DNA from: Candidatus Omnitrophota bacterium
GTDB lineage: Bacteria > Ratteibacteria > UBA8468 > B48-G9 > JAFGKM01
Assembly (NCBI GenBank): GCA_023819375.1
Contig: JAMWDI010000004.1
Location: forward strand, 130,190-194,189
Direction of reading: 5' to 3'
DNA length: 64,000 nt
Numbering within the stretch: the stretch's first letter is position 1; each line of letters begins with the position of its first letter. Below are positions 1 through 9,403 of this stretch, piece after piece. A program made the position numbers and the translations under genes. A model generated the notes under the pieces. The model ran no database searches. It saw only the letters and a list, made by a program, of their open reading frames with translations, and was not told where the DNA came from.

Positions 1-294
1 AATTGTATTTCTTGCAGGAACATAAGTTGAAGGTATCCCTCTAATCTTTCTTTCAGGTATTTTAATTTCATCTCTTGTAAGTGCTGATTTTAAAAATTTT
101 AAATTTATCTTCAAAATTAAATGTTCTTCTGCTTTTAAAAACTTTGCAACTTTCTTTGCAGATAATAATTCTTTTCTGCTCTTCTGCCCATAATCAATTG
201 TTAAACAATAAATTTTATATCCTTTTTTCTTTGCAATATAAGCAGATAAGAAACTGTCAATACCACCTGAAATTAAACAAACTGCTTTTTTCAT
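1..294 (-). CDS. queC: 7-cyano-7-deazaguanine synthase QueC. The N-terminal 98 aa are in the window and the 3' end runs off the window start.
   Basis: I translated this by hand: MKKAVCLISGGIDSFLSAYIAKKKGYKIYCLTIDYGQKSRKELLSAKKVAKFLKAEEH. This is the QueC PP-loop motif SGGxDS. The start codon at 292-294 overlaps queE by 4 bp. It is not in the ORF track because it is truncated at the window edge. Confidence 0.75.
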   Translation of the reverse strand, partial: MKKAVCLISGGIDSFLSAYIAKKKGYKIYCLTIDYGQKSRKELLSAKKVAKFLKAEEHLILKINLKFLKSALTRDEIKIPERKIRGIPSTYVPARNTI

Positions 295-887
295 TTTATT
301 TTTAAAATTTTTTGAATTTGAAATCTAAAATACCAGTTTTTTTCTGGATTTTTTTTTAAAAAATTAACAATATCTTTAGAAATCTTTTTGTCATTATTAA
401 GTGGTTGTAAAATAACAGGACTTTCTATTTTTCTATCAATAAATTCAAAAGTCTTTTTATTAATAATAACATATTTAAACTCATTGGCTACTTTTTTAAA
501 TTTGTTGTCGTAACCTGAAGGATGATAAATTTTACCTTCTTCTTTTGGACTTACCGTTATCCAATGAAATTTTATATCTCTCCATATAGTCCCATTTGTT
601 TCAACTGATATCCAGTAGTTTTTTCTTTTAAGGAATTCAAAGAGATATTCTATTTCCTGTAAATAAGGTTCTCCTCCTGTAAAGCACACTCTTTTGCAAT
701 CAAATTTTTCTACCTCTTTTAATATTTCTCTTGCCTCCATTTCTTTACCATTTTCCCAAGCATATTTTGTATCACACCATGAACATCTTAAATTGCATCC
801 TGTAAATCTTATAAAAACAAATGGCAATCCCTGAAGTAATCCCTCTCCCTGAATAGAATAAAAGATCTCATTTATCCGATATATCAT
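291..887 (-). CDS. queE: 7-carboxy-7-deazaguanine synthase QueE (radical SAM)
   Basis: MIYRINEIFYSIQGEG...CNLRCSWCDTKYAW matches the QueE N-terminus and its CxxxCxxC cluster motif. I chose the start at 887 (MIYRINEIF) rather than the track's 968. Translationally coupled to queC. Confidence 0.8.
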   Translation of the reverse strand: MIYRINEIFYSIQGEGLLQGLPFVFIRFTGCNLRCSWCDTKYAWENGKEMEAREILKEVEKFDCKRVCFTGGEPYLQEIEYLFEFLKRKNYWISVETNGTIWRDIKFHWITVSPKEEGKIYHPSGYDNKFKKVANEFKYVIINKKTFEFIDRKIESPVILQPLNNDKKISKDIVNFLKKNPEKNWYFRFQIQKILKIK

Positions 888-911
888 TTTCAATCCAGAA
901 ACTTTAAAATA

Positions 912-940
912 ATTTAAATAACTATATCTTTTACTGTCAA
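912..940 (-). promoter_or_regulatory. Candidate sigma70-like promoter for queE-queC: TTGACA, 17 nt, TTAAAT on the minus strand
   Basis: Reverse complement of 935-940 is TTGACA. A 17-nt spacer follows. Reverse complement of 912-917 is TTAAAT, about 24 nt upstream of the queE ATG. Confidence 0.3.
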
Positions 941-1003
941 ATTTTTCACAATATACAAAACTTGTCAAAAAAAATTGATCATGGTAATATATAAAAATAG
1001 GTT

Positions 1004-1076
1004 CCGGTGTAGCTCAACGGTAGAGCAGGCGGCTGTTAACCGCAAGGTTGTAGGTTCGAATCCTACCACCGGAGCC
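1004..1076 (+). tRNA. tRNA-Asn (anticodon GTT)
   Basis: Cloverleaf read by eye. Acceptor TCCGGTG pairs with CACCGGA. D-arm GCTC/GAGC. Anticodon stem GGCGG/CCGC with loop CTGTTAA (GTT). T-arm GTAGG-TTCGAAT-CCTAC. Discriminator G, then CC, then a T-run. The architecture matches E. coli tRNA-Asn, which also starts with U. Confidence 0.85.
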
Positions 1077-1213
1077 TTTTTATAAGGTAGGAAAATAAAA
1101 TCTGTTATATATAAATCAAGATTAACAATTGGGAAAAGGCGAAAAGAAAAATTTTTTGACTTTCATAATTTTCTATTTTATAAATCTAAAAAATCTCTGA
1201 TAAGAAATAGAAT

Positions 1214-3103
1214 TTAACCAAGGGTGAAAGATATAGGGGTTTTTGTTAACCAACTTATAATAATCCATAAACCAGCAGCAGTGAAACTTCCAAAAACCAT
1301 CCCAAGGAAAAATATTTTTACTGTAGAGTAAACTTTTGCTCCACCGTATTTTAATATTACTGTCTTTGCTATCCAAGCAAGAAAAATAGAAAACCAAGTA
1401 TGATAAATAGGATGGGGTATTCCAATAGTAAGTCCAATAGGTGATATAGGCCATCCAGGAATTTTACTTCTTGCTAAAAGAATTAAAATCATTAAGAGTG
1501 CTCCAACTATAGCAAATAAAAACTGTTTTTTACCGAAGATTACAGGATCTCTCATTATGTTTTTTATATACTCAGCCATAAAACTTGATGCATATCCGAA
1601 TTGCCAGGAAGACAAATTTATTCCGCCAAATTTATAAGCAAGGAAAAGAACTGTAATTGTTGAACTTATTAAAGTAAATATTATAGAAAGGAAAATGCCT
1701 AAAAGGAGTTTATTTAAATTTAGTTTAAAATTGTTAGCAAGTTTCAATCCATTAGATGTTGAAGCCATAACAGAAGTTCTAATGTCTGCAGCCCAAGGGA
1801 AAGTTAAACCGAGAGAAACCAATCCTTGATTTCCAATTAATTTGGAACCAAACGTATAGATTGTTACTGCTGAAGGGATAATTGGAGCCCTATAATATGC
1901 AAGTCCTGTTTGTGAAATAATTCTTGTTAGTCCAAGGAAGATAAGAATAGTTATTATAATAAAGTATATGGAAATTGAGAGTTTAAGCCCTGATTTACTT
2001 ATCCACCAAACACTGAAGATAAAGCAAAAAATAAATCCCCAGAAAGAAATTTTGTATAAAAATTTTTCTTCTTCCATATCTTTTATTTTTCCTATGCTAA
2101 TTAGAAATATCTGTTTTAAATGTCTTCTTGCAAACCATAAACAACTTAATGATAAAATCATTAAAGCACCGAAGGACTGAAAAGCAACTTCTTCACAGGC
2201 TGGATCTGAATAGGGAAGAAACATTCCTATAGAATAACCAGTCATTTTTAAGAAACCAGTTTCAAGAATAAAGATAAAAGCAAAAAGCCAAACACTTAAA
2301 AGAACATCTTTTGGTATTAAAAAAGCAAGTCCAATAACTTCAAATCTAACAGATAATATTAAAGAAATTGAGCGCCTGAAGATAGGGAGAGATTTACTAA
2401 GCACAGGGCCTTTAAAAATAGGAAAAAGATTTGAAAGTCCAATAAGAGAATAAAGGATAAATGGAATAAGAAAGCCAAGATAAAATAACTTATTTTTATG
2501 GATTGGATTTTCTTCATTTGCCATTTCAATAACAGGTTCAGTTAAGGGATAAGTTAATTTTTCTCTTTCAATCCACTGCTTACTTAACATTAGAATTAGA
2601 AAAATTAACAAAAAATAAAAAATAATTATGAATATGTACCAATTAAATAAAGGAGTTATCCATTGATTCCATGGAATTTTTGTATTTTTAGGAAGTCCTT
2701 CATATAAATACCAAATTGTTTTGTAATCCTTTGGAAATAAATGGGATGGTAAGTAAGGATGAATCATTTCATCCCATCTATTAGTTGGTGTTGCATAGTA
2801 AAAAATACCACCAAGAAGACCTATTAAATTCATAGTAAATCCCCAAGATGGAATAGCGCAAGCAACAATCATCATTATATAAACTGTAATAAGTTCAGAT
2901 GGTGTTAAATATAATTTTTTTATAAATTTTTTACTGAATTGATTAAAAAGTAGGATATAAATAAAAAAAATAAAAATTGCCCAACCAGTTGAATAATCAG
3001 CGGCTAAAGGAGAACCATGGATATAAAGAACATTTAAAGGTTCAAGGACTCCAATCAAAATACAAAAAATTATACCAATTATTATTGATTTTAAAGAAAC
3101 CAT
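1214..3103 (-). CDS. Polytopic integral membrane protein of unknown function (about 14 predicted TM helices)
   Basis: 629-aa ORF made of hydrophobic helix-length segments throughout. I recognise no family. Confidence 0.55.
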   Translation of the reverse strand: MVSLKSIIIGIIFCILIGVLEPLNVLYIHGSPLAADYSTGWAIFIFFIYILLFNQFSKKFIKKLYLTPSELITVYIMMIVACAIPSWGFTMNLIGLLGGIFYYATPTNRWDEMIHPYLPSHLFPKDYKTIWYLYEGLPKNTKIPWNQWITPLFNWYIFIIIFYFLLIFLILMLSKQWIEREKLTYPLTEPVIEMANEENPIHKNKLFYLGFLIPFILYSLIGLSNLFPIFKGPVLSKSLPIFRRSISLILSVRFEVIGLAFLIPKDVLLSVWLFAFIFILETGFLKMTGYSIGMFLPYSDPACEEVAFQSFGALMILSLSCLWFARRHLKQIFLISIGKIKDMEEEKFLYKISFWGFIFCFIFSVWWISKSGLKLSISIYFIIITILIFLGLTRIISQTGLAYYRAPIIPSAVTIYTFGSKLIGNQGLVSLGLTFPWAADIRTSVMASTSNGLKLANNFKLNLNKLLLGIFLSIIFTLISSTITVLFLAYKFGGINLSSWQFGYASSFMAEYIKNIMRDPVIFGKKQFLFAIVGALLMILILLARSKIPGWPISPIGLTIGIPHPIYHTWFSIFLAWIAKTVILKYGGAKVYSTVKIFFLGMVFGSFTAAGLWIIISWLTKTPISFTLG

Positions 3104-3310
3104 GTTAGAGTTATTTTACTTATAATTTTTCTGATGTCAAAATTAACTCTCTTAAATATTTGTCTTTCTAATTCTCTCATTTTTCTTAATCTTCAACTTT
3201 TCTCTTACGTTTTCTCTGCATGTAAAATTTCCATCCCTTTACAATATTTTTCCCTTGATTTTCCTTTAAATTTGAGACACATTCCTTAAAAGTTTTAACA
3301 GTTTTAAAAA

Positions 3311-4465
3311 TTATTTTTTCTGACTATTGTTTAACTTTACATTGTTAAAAAGAATATTTTTGCAATTGCGACATATTATACTATTATCTGAAAAATTTTC
3401 CATTTCTAAATTATTAAATGAGATATTATGAATTTCTATTTCGCTGTTTCCCTCTATAGTTAAAGGTCCTCCACTTTTTATAATTTTTATATTAGAAAAA
3501 TTTATATCTGAAATTCTTTCCAATTTAATTCCTTCTTCAACAGTTATCCATATAGGATTTAATTTGCTTTCAATTATTACATTTGAAAATAAAATATCAT
3601 GAACATTTGCGCAACCCTTACTATTTTCCAGTAAATAAACTTTTGGAAATTGAAATATAATTCCTCTTGTTCCTTCTATTATTAAATTTTTAAATACACA
3701 ATTTTTTATTTCTCCATCAGAAGGACATTCAATTCTTATTCCATTACAATCTGTTTTTAAAATACAATTTGAAACAGTTATATTTTCACAACTAACCTCT
3801 TCTTTATAAAATTGTTTTATACAACGAACTGCAATACAATCATCTTGAGTATCCATAATACAATCACTTATAACAACATTTTTACAACTGTCAACATCTA
3901 TTCCATCTATGTTTCTCATTCTTCTATCCCCGTATATTTTAACCTTATGAATATTTATATTCTCGCATTTCATTAACCAGATTGTCCAACAAGCAGAATT
4001 TACAAAAGAGATGCCTTCAAAAAAAACATTTTTACAATTATAAAACATAACTATTCTTGGCCTTGGAATTTCTGGTTTTTTATAATAATCTTTATAAAAA
4101 GAAAGTCCAGAACCATTTATTTCTCCACTTCCTGTTATTCCTAAATTTTCAGAATCAACTGCAATAATAAGTGCATTTTTTGTAATTTCTTTTTTGGGCT
4201 CTATCTTTTCCATAATAAAACCTTCTGCATCAAGTTCCTTATAGTCATTTAAACTTTCACTTCCGATAATTTTGCTTCCGTTTTCAAGATAAAGTTCAAC
4301 ATTACTTTTAAGAAAAATTGTTCCTGTTTTATATATTCCAGGTTGAAATATAATTCTTCCTCCTCCATTTTTATAACAGGTATCTATTGCTTTTTGTATC
4401 TTTTCTGTATTAATCGTTTTTCCATCTGGTCTTACCCCAAATTCAGTTATTCTATAAGTACTCAT
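3311..4465 (-). CDS. Glycoside hydrolase family 28-like (polygalacturonase / pectate-lyase-fold beta-helix) protein with no signal peptide
   Basis: N-terminus ITEFGVRPDGKTINTEKIQKAIDTC..GGGRIIFQPGIYKTGTIFLKSNVELYLE is typical of GH28. Later N/D/C-rich repeats (NITVSNC, NCVFKN, SNVIIE) fit the parallel beta-helix fold. SD AAAGGAAAG lies upstream. Confidence 0.65.
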   Translation of the reverse strand: MSTYRITEFGVRPDGKTINTEKIQKAIDTCYKNGGGRIIFQPGIYKTGTIFLKSNVELYLENGSKIIGSESLNDYKELDAEGFIMEKIEPKKEITKNALIIAVDSENLGITGSGEINGSGLSFYKDYYKKPEIPRPRIVMFYNCKNVFFEGISFVNSACWTIWLMKCENINIHKVKIYGDRRMRNIDGIDVDSCKNVVISDCIMDTQDDCIAVRCIKQFYKEEVSCENITVSNCILKTDCNGIRIECPSDGEIKNCVFKNLIIEGTRGIIFQFPKVYLLENSKGCANVHDILFSNVIIESKLNPIWITVEEGIKLERISDINFSNIKIIKSGGPLTIEGNSEIEIHNISFNNLEMENFSDNSIICRNCKNILFNNVKLNNSQKK

Positions 4466-4560
4466 TTTCTTTCCTTTTTATCTGAAACAATTACAACTTT
4501 TGCACTACTATTTATTATATCTCCACCTCTAACTTTCATTCCCAACTTTCCCCAATTTTC

Positions 4561-5532
4561 TTATTTATCTTTCGGTTTTACTCCCGGTATTCCCATCCCT
4601 TTATTTCTTCCCTTTTCATAGTATCCTTTATAAACATTACTACATATTCTCCATTCAGAAGAAGTTTCTTTACAATCTTTGTATCCACATATTTCTTTTG
4701 CTGATTTAATCCTCTTGAACAACCTTTCAAATAATTTCTTTGCGGTTAATATCATACCATAATTCATATCAAGTTTGAATAAAACATCTAAATCTTTTTT
4801 CTCATCTCTTAAGTTCATAGAAAAACCACCTATACAAAGATTTTTTTCAGGTATATAAGCACTACAAGGAGGACATATCATACAGGGACCTTCAATAAGT
4901 TTAATTGGTATTTCTGGATTTTTTCTTATTCTTTCAATAACTTCATAAAGATTATCCTCTAATATAGGTTGGTTTTTGCTTTCGGAAAAGCAAACCATAC
5001 ACATAAGATGATGGGGTCTTATTTTTAGAATTTTTGATTTATAAATTTTTTTAACAGATATCTTTTTTGATTTTTTTCTTTCTTCAAGTGAACGACCCGG
5101 AAAAATTGAATTAATACCTTCTTCTCTTAATTTTTCATAATCTGATTTTTCTGAATATTGACATCCTTTCCAGATTTTTGAATTTGGAATTCCTTTACAT
5201 ATCTCTTTTGTAGTTTCAATTGAATTAAATAATTTTTCTATAATAAATCTTGCAGGCATAATCGCTCCAGGGAAAAGGCCTATTAAACGAAGTATATCAA
5301 AATCCTGTTTTTTTCTGAATAATTCTTTTTTGTTTTTGATATTTTGAGGATTTTGATAAGAATAACTACCAGCAACTCTACAAACCAACATGATAGGTCT
5401 TTCTGGATTTTTAATTATTTTGTCAAGAATTGCTCTCAATTTTTTATCTTCTTTTGAATTTTTAAATCCTCTCTTTAATTTACATAAAATACAAAATAAT
5501 TGATAAGGATGAACTTTAATATATTTTCTCAT
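4561..5532 (-). CDS. Cys-rich protein with two tandem DUF1284-like repeats (RPHHLMC ... GPCMICPPC)
   Basis: Second half carries IRPHHLMCMVCF ... IPIKLIEGPCMICPPCSAY, which resembles the DUF1284 signature RPHHLLC...CxxCP. The first half is a degenerate copy (VHPYQLFCILC ... RPIMLVCRV). Family assignment is from memory. Confidence 0.4.
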   Translation of the reverse strand: MRKYIKVHPYQLFCILCKLKRGFKNSKEDKKLRAILDKIIKNPERPIMLVCRVAGSYSYQNPQNIKNKKELFRKKQDFDILRLIGLFPGAIMPARFIIEKLFNSIETTKEICKGIPNSKIWKGCQYSEKSDYEKLREEGINSIFPGRSLEERKKSKKISVKKIYKSKILKIRPHHLMCMVCFSESKNQPILEDNLYEVIERIRKNPEIPIKLIEGPCMICPPCSAYIPEKNLCIGGFSMNLRDEKKDLDVLFKLDMNYGMILTAKKLFERLFKRIKSAKEICGYKDCKETSSEWRICSNVYKGYYEKGRNKGMGIPGVKPKDK

Positions 5533-5534
5533 AA

Positions 5535-6599
5535 TTATCCCTTCTTAACTTTATATGGCAATAACCATCTTTTTCTTTTTATAAATTCCCCTCCTTTAAA
5601 TCTCTGTTCAATAACTTCTTTTTTCTCAAGGTAATTAAAACAACTTCTCATACAACCTCTTGAACCACATATTCCAAAACTTCCACCTTCTCCCCATTTT
5701 TGTAACATGGCATGCCCTTCTATGATATAACCCGATGGGAACTCCTCTGTTTTTCTCCATCTTCCTGTTGATAAAGTCCAGCAAAATTTATATGCAGTCT
5801 CTTCTGAAAAATCCTGTTTTCTTGCGTCTATATTCCAGCCAGGGAAATCTTTATGTATAAAAGGAGAAACTCTTGAATCACCCCCATGATAACTTAATGT
5901 ACATTTTCCAAGATGTATATCAGCCCATTCATAAACATAGTCCTCAATTTTTATCTGGATTTTTTTATTTTCTTTTATATGAGGTATTGCATAAGAAGGA
6001 CAGTCATTTACACATTCCATACATCTTTTACAGATACTACCTGGTTTTATAAGTGGATCTGGTTCAACTTCAAGGTCAGTTATAATTGCATGTAATCTCT
6101 GTCTTGGTCCAAATTTTTTAGTTAAAAAAACTTTACTCCATCCAATTTCCCCAAGTCCAGCACAAATACCTGCAATCCTTATAGCAAGATGAACATCAGG
6201 AGGTGGGAAATTTTTTCTTAATGGTTTTACTGGAGGTTGGGCTTCTGGTACTCCTGGATAATAAGGGACTGCTTCATATCCAAAATCTTCAATAAAACAG
6301 GCAAGTTGATAAAGAGGTTCAGGAATAAAAAAAGTATTTAAAAGACCATGATAATCAAAATAAGTATAAGAAATCCAGTTTGTCCCTTCTTCTATTCCAC
6401 GCCAACCACCCCTTAATATTCTTTTTCCAACAACTATAACTGTTTTACCTTCTGGAAATATGTTTTTCGGATTCATTCTTTCTGGAGCATTTTTGAATCT
6501 TTCAATATTTGCAAAACCAATTAAATCAAGTCCAAACTTATAACCTGTTTCTCTTATTAACTCTTTCGTTAGTTTTTTCATTTTTCTCCTATTCTTCAA
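5535..6599 (-). CDS. QueG / reductive-dehalogenase-superfamily Fe-S protein, paralog 1
   Basis: LDLIGFANIERF ... GKRILRGG.RGIEEGT ... GYEAVP ... AGLGEIGWSKVFLTKKFGPRQRLHAIITDLEVEPD ... CKRCMECVNDCPSYAIP. Compare QueG AGIGFSAKNCMITTPEYGS..LAEMITN..EPD and CxxCxxCxxxCP. The start could be M7 at 6581. Confidence 0.6.
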   Translation of the reverse strand: MKNRRKMKKLTKELIRETGYKFGLDLIGFANIERFKNAPERMNPKNIFPEGKTVIVVGKRILRGGWRGIEEGTNWISYTYFDYHGLLNTFFIPEPLYQLACFIEDFGYEAVPYYPGVPEAQPPVKPLRKNFPPPDVHLAIRIAGICAGLGEIGWSKVFLTKKFGPRQRLHAIITDLEVEPDPLIKPGSICKRCMECVNDCPSYAIPHIKENKKIQIKIEDYVYEWADIHLGKCTLSYHGGDSRVSPFIHKDFPGWNIDARKQDFSEETAYKFCWTLSTGRWRKTEEFPSGYIIEGHAMLQKWGEGGSFGICGSRGCMRSCFNYLEKKEVIEQRFKGGEFIKRKRWLLPYKVKKG

Positions 6600-7437
6600 T
6601 TATCTCGCCACTTTTATCAATTTTCCATACAGGTCTTTTTCTAAATTTTTCATTAAATAAATTTTTTATTCTTTTTGTTTCTTCAAGATGAAAAAGACAG
6701 GTTCTTGAGCATAAAGCAGCAATTCTATCTGGTTTTCCATTTTCATAATACATATTTGGTAAGACACCGTTTTTACATTTTTTACATATTTCATAATCAA
6801 TTTCTGCAACTATCATCTTTTTATCACATATTTCAATTTCTTTCTCTTTTTCCTTTATTGCTCCAAGTGGACATATCTTTAAACATTCTTTACATAAATC
6901 ACATATATTTTCTTTCTTTATTTGATCTGGTTCAATTTCTGCATCTGTAAGTATTATTTGAAATCTTTGCCTTGGACCAAATTCTTCAGTTAAGAATATC
7001 CTACAATATCCAATTTCTCCAAGTCCTGCTCTAATTGCTGTATCTTCAATATCTATTAAAACATTTGGTGCTGGTTTCCCTTTTTTAACAGGTATTCCCA
7101 TTGGTGGAACTTCAATTGGTATATCAGGCAAAGGAACTGCTTCATATCCGTTATCCTCAAGAAATTCACATATTTTAAAAGTTGTTAAAGCAAGTATTCT
7201 ATTGTTTAACCATTGATATCCATATAGATTATACAGGTGAAATTGTGTTCCTTCTTCAATTCCTCTTAAAGCCCCTCTTGTTATTCTCTTTCCTATTACA
7301 ATTATACTTTTTACTTCTGGGAATATACTTTCTGGGTGGTGTTGTTTGTTAATTCCTTTAAACCTATCTATGCTTGCAATACCTATTAAATCTGCTTTAA
7401 CTTCTTTTGCAAACTCTATTAATCTTTCTTTTTCCAT
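6589..7437 (-). CDS. QueG / reductive-dehalogenase-superfamily Fe-S protein, paralog 2
   Basis: ADLIGIASIDRFKG ... GKRITRGALRGIEEGT ... GYEAVPLP ... AGLGEIGYCRIFLTEEFGPRQRFQIILTDAEIEPD ... CDLCKECLKICPLGAI. Confidence 0.6.
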   Translation of the reverse strand: MEKERLIEFAKEVKADLIGIASIDRFKGINKQHHPESIFPEVKSIIVIGKRITRGALRGIEEGTQFHLYNLYGYQWLNNRILALTTFKICEFLEDNGYEAVPLPDIPIEVPPMGIPVKKGKPAPNVLIDIEDTAIRAGLGEIGYCRIFLTEEFGPRQRFQIILTDAEIEPDQIKKENICDLCKECLKICPLGAIKEKEKEIEICDKKMIVAEIDYEICKKCKNGVLPNMYYENGKPDRIAALCSRTCLFHLEETKRIKNLFNEKFRKRPVWKIDKSGEIIEE

Positions 7438-7453
7438 AAATAAAATCTTCCTT

Positions 7454-8485
7454 TTAAAATTTTTTAACTATGACTTCTTTAAAAACATTTTCACAGTAAG
7501 AACAATTTTGACATAGTTTATTACATTTTGTTATTTTTTCAAACCAATCATCTGGAAATCTTGAATTTTCAATTATATAAGGATATAAAATTTTACTATG
7601 AGATGGTTCAAATAAATCAAGTAAGTTGCCTTGATATTTTTCATCATAATATGCTTTTATAACTTTTTCAGGGTCCTGATTTGTCCTTGTTGCAAGTTTA
7701 ACAACATCAAAATATTTTTCATAATGATGCAAATCTTCTGGCCTTATCCACGAAGAATATGAAATTAAATATTTCCAGTTTTCTTTTTCTTTGTAAAAAG
7801 ACCAGCAATTACCAGGTATATTATCTGTCAAATTTGCTTTTGTAAATATTTCTGCTTCATGTGAAATAACATTATCATGAAAAGATTGAACAGGGCAGAA
7901 ATTTATACAACCACTATTTACAAGAATAGATAATTTTTTCCCTTTTTTATTACACCAATCTTTAATTTCTTCTATTCTTTCAAAATCCCTATTATACTCT
8001 CTTTGCATAACAAAATCATCAAATAAATCTTCTAATTGCTCCATCTGTTTTATTTTTCCGATTCTCATATTTACACTTGCTCTTACTTCAATATCTTTAA
8101 AATTTTTCTTAATTATATATGCAATAACTGGAGAGAAAGAAGTTATAGAATCAAGACCTATATTTTCCTGTAAATAATCAATAATTGAAATAACCATATT
8201 AGTAAGATTTATTGATAATGAATTTTCACCCCAGCAGGAAGCATTCAAAAGTAAATTAAGTTTTATTCCAAGTTTTTTTATTTTTTTTAATTCATATTCA
8301 AGTTGTTTCTGTACAAACCAATTTATATATCCAACCTTCTCAGCAATCGGTCCTCTTCCGCTGGGTAAATTAAGCCATGGGAAATAAACTTCTTCAATTC
8401 TATCCTTATATTTTTCAACAATATCTGAAAAAATTTGCTCCTCTTCTTTAAACTGATATCCAATAGAAAATTTTATTTTTCCCAT
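7454..8485 (-). CDS. Cys-rich hypothetical protein, possibly a peptidase-U32-like TIM-barrel Fe-S protein
   Basis: 343 aa with about 13 Cys. There is a C-terminal CNKLCQNCSYCENV (CxxxCxxC...C) and SGCINFCP. Loose positional resemblance to the U32 family (KLNLLLNASCW; DIEVRASVNMRIG; LSILVNSGCINFC versus VHGALC..SGRC). I could not verify this. Confidence 0.3.
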   Translation of the reverse strand: MGKIKFSIGYQFKEEEQIFSDIVEKYKDRIEEVYFPWLNLPSGRGPIAEKVGYINWFVQKQLEYELKKIKKLGIKLNLLLNASCWGENSLSINLTNMVISIIDYLQENIGLDSITSFSPVIAYIIKKNFKDIEVRASVNMRIGKIKQMEQLEDLFDDFVMQREYNRDFERIEEIKDWCNKKGKKLSILVNSGCINFCPVQSFHDNVISHEAEIFTKANLTDNIPGNCWSFYKEKENWKYLISYSSWIRPEDLHHYEKYFDVVKLATRTNQDPEKVIKAYYDEKYQGNLLDLFEPSHSKILYPYIIENSRFPDDWFEKITKCNKLCQNCSYCENVFKEVIVKKF

Positions 8486-9387
8486 TCAATATACCATACC
8501 TTTCTTTTTCTAAAAGGTTCCTTAAATTTGTTTTTTAATTTTCCTTCTTTTTCAAGATGTATCATACATGCTCTTATACACCCTCTTGCTCCTTCAATTG
8601 CTCTGGAATATATAATGACAGAACTTAGTTCTCCTATAAATGGATTGTATTTTTTATAAGGTGCCAATCCTTGAAATCCTTTTGTGCATGCGTCAACGTT
8701 TAGTTTTCCCCATTCTACTTCAGTTCCTATCGCTTTAAATCTAACTTTAACCGTTTCTTTTAAACTTATTGCTCCTGCTGAACATTCTTTTACACATAAC
8801 ATACATCTATCACAAATTGGTGGCCCTTCATAAATAGGATCTGGCTCAAGAGGAGCATCTGTTAAAATACATGCAAATCTCTGCCTTGGCCCAAATTCAG
8901 GTGTTAATAGTAGTTTACTATATCCAATCTCTCCAAGTCCTGCAAGGTATGCAGCAATCCTAAAATGAATAAATACATCAGGAGCAGGTTTTTCAGGAGA
9001 TACAGAACAAGACCAGTTTTCTTTGGGTTTTCCTGTTGCATAATCAATAGCGGGCCAGTTGTAATAATCATTAGGTATTGGTGTTGCTTCATATCCATAA
9101 TCTTCAATAAATCTCGCCAAATGATAAAGAATAAAAGGCATATAAATCATATTTATACTTCCATATCCCTGTGAAGAATAGGAGAGAAAATATGTTCCTT
9201 CCTCTATACCCCTTAAAGTTCCTCTTGGTATTCTTAAAGCAAGTACTATTAAAACTTTAGCATCTGGATTTATATATCTTGGGTCCATTTGCTTTGGTGC
9301 TCCTTCAAATCTGTTTACATCTGCAATTCCAACCAAATCTGCTCCTAATTTTTTTGCTACTTCTTTTACTTTTTTTGATGTTAACAT
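8473..9387 (-). CDS. QueG / reductive-dehalogenase-superfamily Fe-S protein, paralog 3
   Basis: AKKLGADLVGIADVNRFEGAPKQMDP ... LRGIEEGT ... GYEATPIP ... AGLGEIGYSKLLLTPEFGPRQRFACILTDAPLEPD ... CDRCMLCVKECSAGAI. Confidence 0.6.
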   Translation of the reverse strand: MLTSKKVKEVAKKLGADLVGIADVNRFEGAPKQMDPRYINPDAKVLIVLALRIPRGTLRGIEEGTYFLSYSSQGYGSINMIYMPFILYHLARFIEDYGYEATPIPNDYYNWPAIDYATGKPKENWSCSVSPEKPAPDVFIHFRIAAYLAGLGEIGYSKLLLTPEFGPRQRFACILTDAPLEPDPIYEGPPICDRCMLCVKECSAGAISLKETVKVRFKAIGTEVEWGKLNVDACTKGFQGLAPYKKYNPFIGELSSVIIYSRAIEGARGCIRACMIHLEKEGKLKNKFKEPFRKRKVWYIEWEK

Positions 9388-9403
9388 TTTTACCTCCTCC
9401 TTT

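Noticed and set aside
81-305. Plus-strand 74-aa ORF
   Set aside because: It lies entirely antisense to queC, whose translation is an excellent QueC match. Low-complexity L/K/N-rich product.
888-1000. Looked for a preQ1 riboswitch in the queE-queC leader
   Set aside because: The leader is only about 18 to 25 nt after a plausible -10. It has no match to the preQ1-I or preQ1-II consensus (no AGAGGUUCUAG..CCCUCUAUAAAAAACUAA-like element).
1173-1454. Minus-strand 93-aa ORF overlapping the 3' end of the membrane-protein gene
   Set aside because: An alternative frame of the same region. The 629-aa frame is continuous and hydrophobic-periodic. The short one is likely spurious.
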